Below are positions 62,683 through 64,000 of a DNA stretch of 64,000 bases, piece after piece. Numbering within the stretch: the stretch's first letter is position 1; the number at the start of each line of letters is the position of its first letter. The notes below the pieces were generated by a model. It saw only the letters and a list, made by a program, of their open reading frames with translations, was not told the DNA's origin and made no database searches. This stretch comes from Antechinus flavipes (Eukaryota), in assembly GCF_016432865.1 (NCBI RefSeq), contig NC_067399.1, positions 463,512,001 to 463,576,000 of the forward strand, given 5' to 3'. A program made the translations under genes and the position numbers.

Positions 62683-63080
62683 ACCCCTGATCTGACATCC
62701 TCACCTGCTGCCTCCTGACCTGACACCCCCACCTGCTGCCCCCTGACCTGTTACCCTCACCTGCTGCCCCCTGACCTGACACCCTAACCTGCTGCCCCCT
62801 GACCTGACACCCTGACCTGCTGCCCCCTGACCTGTCACCCTCACCTGCTGCCCCCTGACCTGACACCCTGACCTGCTGCCCCCTGACCTGACACCCTGAC
62901 CTGCTGCTCCCTGACCTGACACCCTGACCTGCTGCCCCCTGACCTGTCACCCTCACCTGCTGCCCCCTGACCTGACACCCTGACCTGCTGCCCCCTGACC
63001 TGACACCCCCACCTGCTGCCCCCTGACCTGTTACCCTCACCTGCTGCCCTCTGACCTGACACCCCCACCTGCTGCCCCCT
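62683..63080. repeat. Minisatellite: 14 full copies plus 6 bp of a 28-bp unit, consensus CCCCCTGACCTGACACCCTSACCTGCTG
   Basis: Units counted directly at a 28-bp pitch from 62683 to 63074, with no indels and only point variants. Confidence 0.97.
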
Positions 63081-64000
63081 CCCTCTTGATTTCCTTGGGC
63101 TTTCAGTGGAGGTCACCTGGGAAGGCAGAGAAGAGGGAGTTCCCTGACTAGGTTGGAAAGAGTGCCCCTCATTCACCCCCACATCCTCGTGCCCATTTCT
63201 ATTGTGTTGAACCATTTACTGCGTTTTTGCATTGTATCCTGCCCTTTCCAGTTTGTAAGTCATCAACATGCTAACTGCCACATAGGACTATCTGTCATGA
63301 GGATGAATTAGGTTTTATAGCATTTTGTAATAAAGTAGTGGCTAAATATTAGCTACTATTATCAGTGCTGCATCTCCTGGGGTCTTTTGGTGCCTGCATC
63401 CCTTGACTTTCAGTAAGCCTTCCCATACTCCTTATTCAGTATGAAAAGAATATATTTTAGGGTTTACTTAGAGACTTTTCAAGATGAAAGGAAATAGGTG
63501 TTAGTGCTTAATACACTTATTCACATAAGAAATAAAAAAGACTGATTTCAGCAAATGCCCTTCCTTGACAGTTCTTGTCCCCCCAGTGTCCTTGTGGAAG
63601 AGAAGACTCTCACATTGGGAGCCCCAGCTATCGGGGGTCAGAGGGATAGGAGAGGTCACCTAGTCTAAATCTTTCCTTTGAGGTCCAGAGAAATAACTTA
63701 GCCTCTCATTCAGCAAGTGGAGCTGAGCTCAGACCCCAGGCCAGGGCTTCTTTACAGTGCAATCCCTTTGGGAGTACTTTGAAGGCAGGATAAATTCCAC
63801 CTTATTTACAGATCCCTCTTGTTCAATATTGAGGACATAGGCCCTAATAAGTGCGGAAGCATTTAATCTAGCCTCTTGGTTGGAGAAGGAGCGGGTTTAA
63901 GTTGGGCAGCCAGTGTTTTCTTCTCTCCTTATTGCCTCCTCATTCACCTTTCCTTGGGAATAATTAGTGGGAGCTGACAGTAGAAGCCTGGGATTGGTGA

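Noticed and set aside
62683-63080. CRISPR-like array
   Set aside because: The 28-bp units are contiguous with no unique spacers, no cas genes are present, and the context is a mammalian intron.
62683-63080. Tandem CTCF site array (CAGGGGGCAGC on the minus strand)
   Set aside because: Only the 3' half of the motif matches; the CCASY 5' part is absent (AGGTC).
62612-63215. Repetitive minus-strand ORFs (GSRSGCQVRGQQVRVSGQGAAG...)
   Set aside because: These are translations of the 28-bp minisatellite; the 28-aa period equals three units. They are antisense to DAB2IP with no start context or domain.

Overview
This is eukaryotic DNA from a marsupial, most likely a dasyurid (Tasmanian devil, dunnart or quoll lineage). 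That call rests on WSINE1-type and MAR1-type SINEs, marsupial L1 3' ends and two OC1-type hAT MITEs. The window is the middle of the + strand RasGAP gene DAB2IP. Five coding exons have exact GT-AG boundaries: 44376-44529, 49499-49597, 51479-52030, 62027-62171 and 62429-62573. They encode part of the PH domain, the whole C2 domain and the start of the GAP domain. The canonical upstream coding exons and all downstream exons lie outside the window. The first 44 kb is a large intron with a CpG island (about 5.9-6.6 kb) and other CpG-rich patches (about 17.7-18.0, 27.3-28.0, 33.5-35.2 and 38.5-39.1 kb). Several of these carry strong splice donors and are candidate alternative first exons. The best would add an in-frame 40-aa acidic N-terminus (MDPSGDGKTLASSYEELFQGEGSESQEMFPREDLSENAGR). 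Other notable items are two hAT MITEs bracketing the internal promoter region, a 14-copy 28-bp minisatellite just after the last exon, and exon starts that rebuild 5' splice sites. The rest is L1/L2/L3/MIR/SINE decay, simple repeats and three assembly gaps. I see no prokaryotic-style system, CRISPR array or RNA gene, and nothing that demonstrates a wholly new biological system. All identifications are by eye and from memory; no database search was run, and repeat boundaries are approximate unless a target-site duplication (TSD) or terminal inverted repeat (TIR) is quoted.
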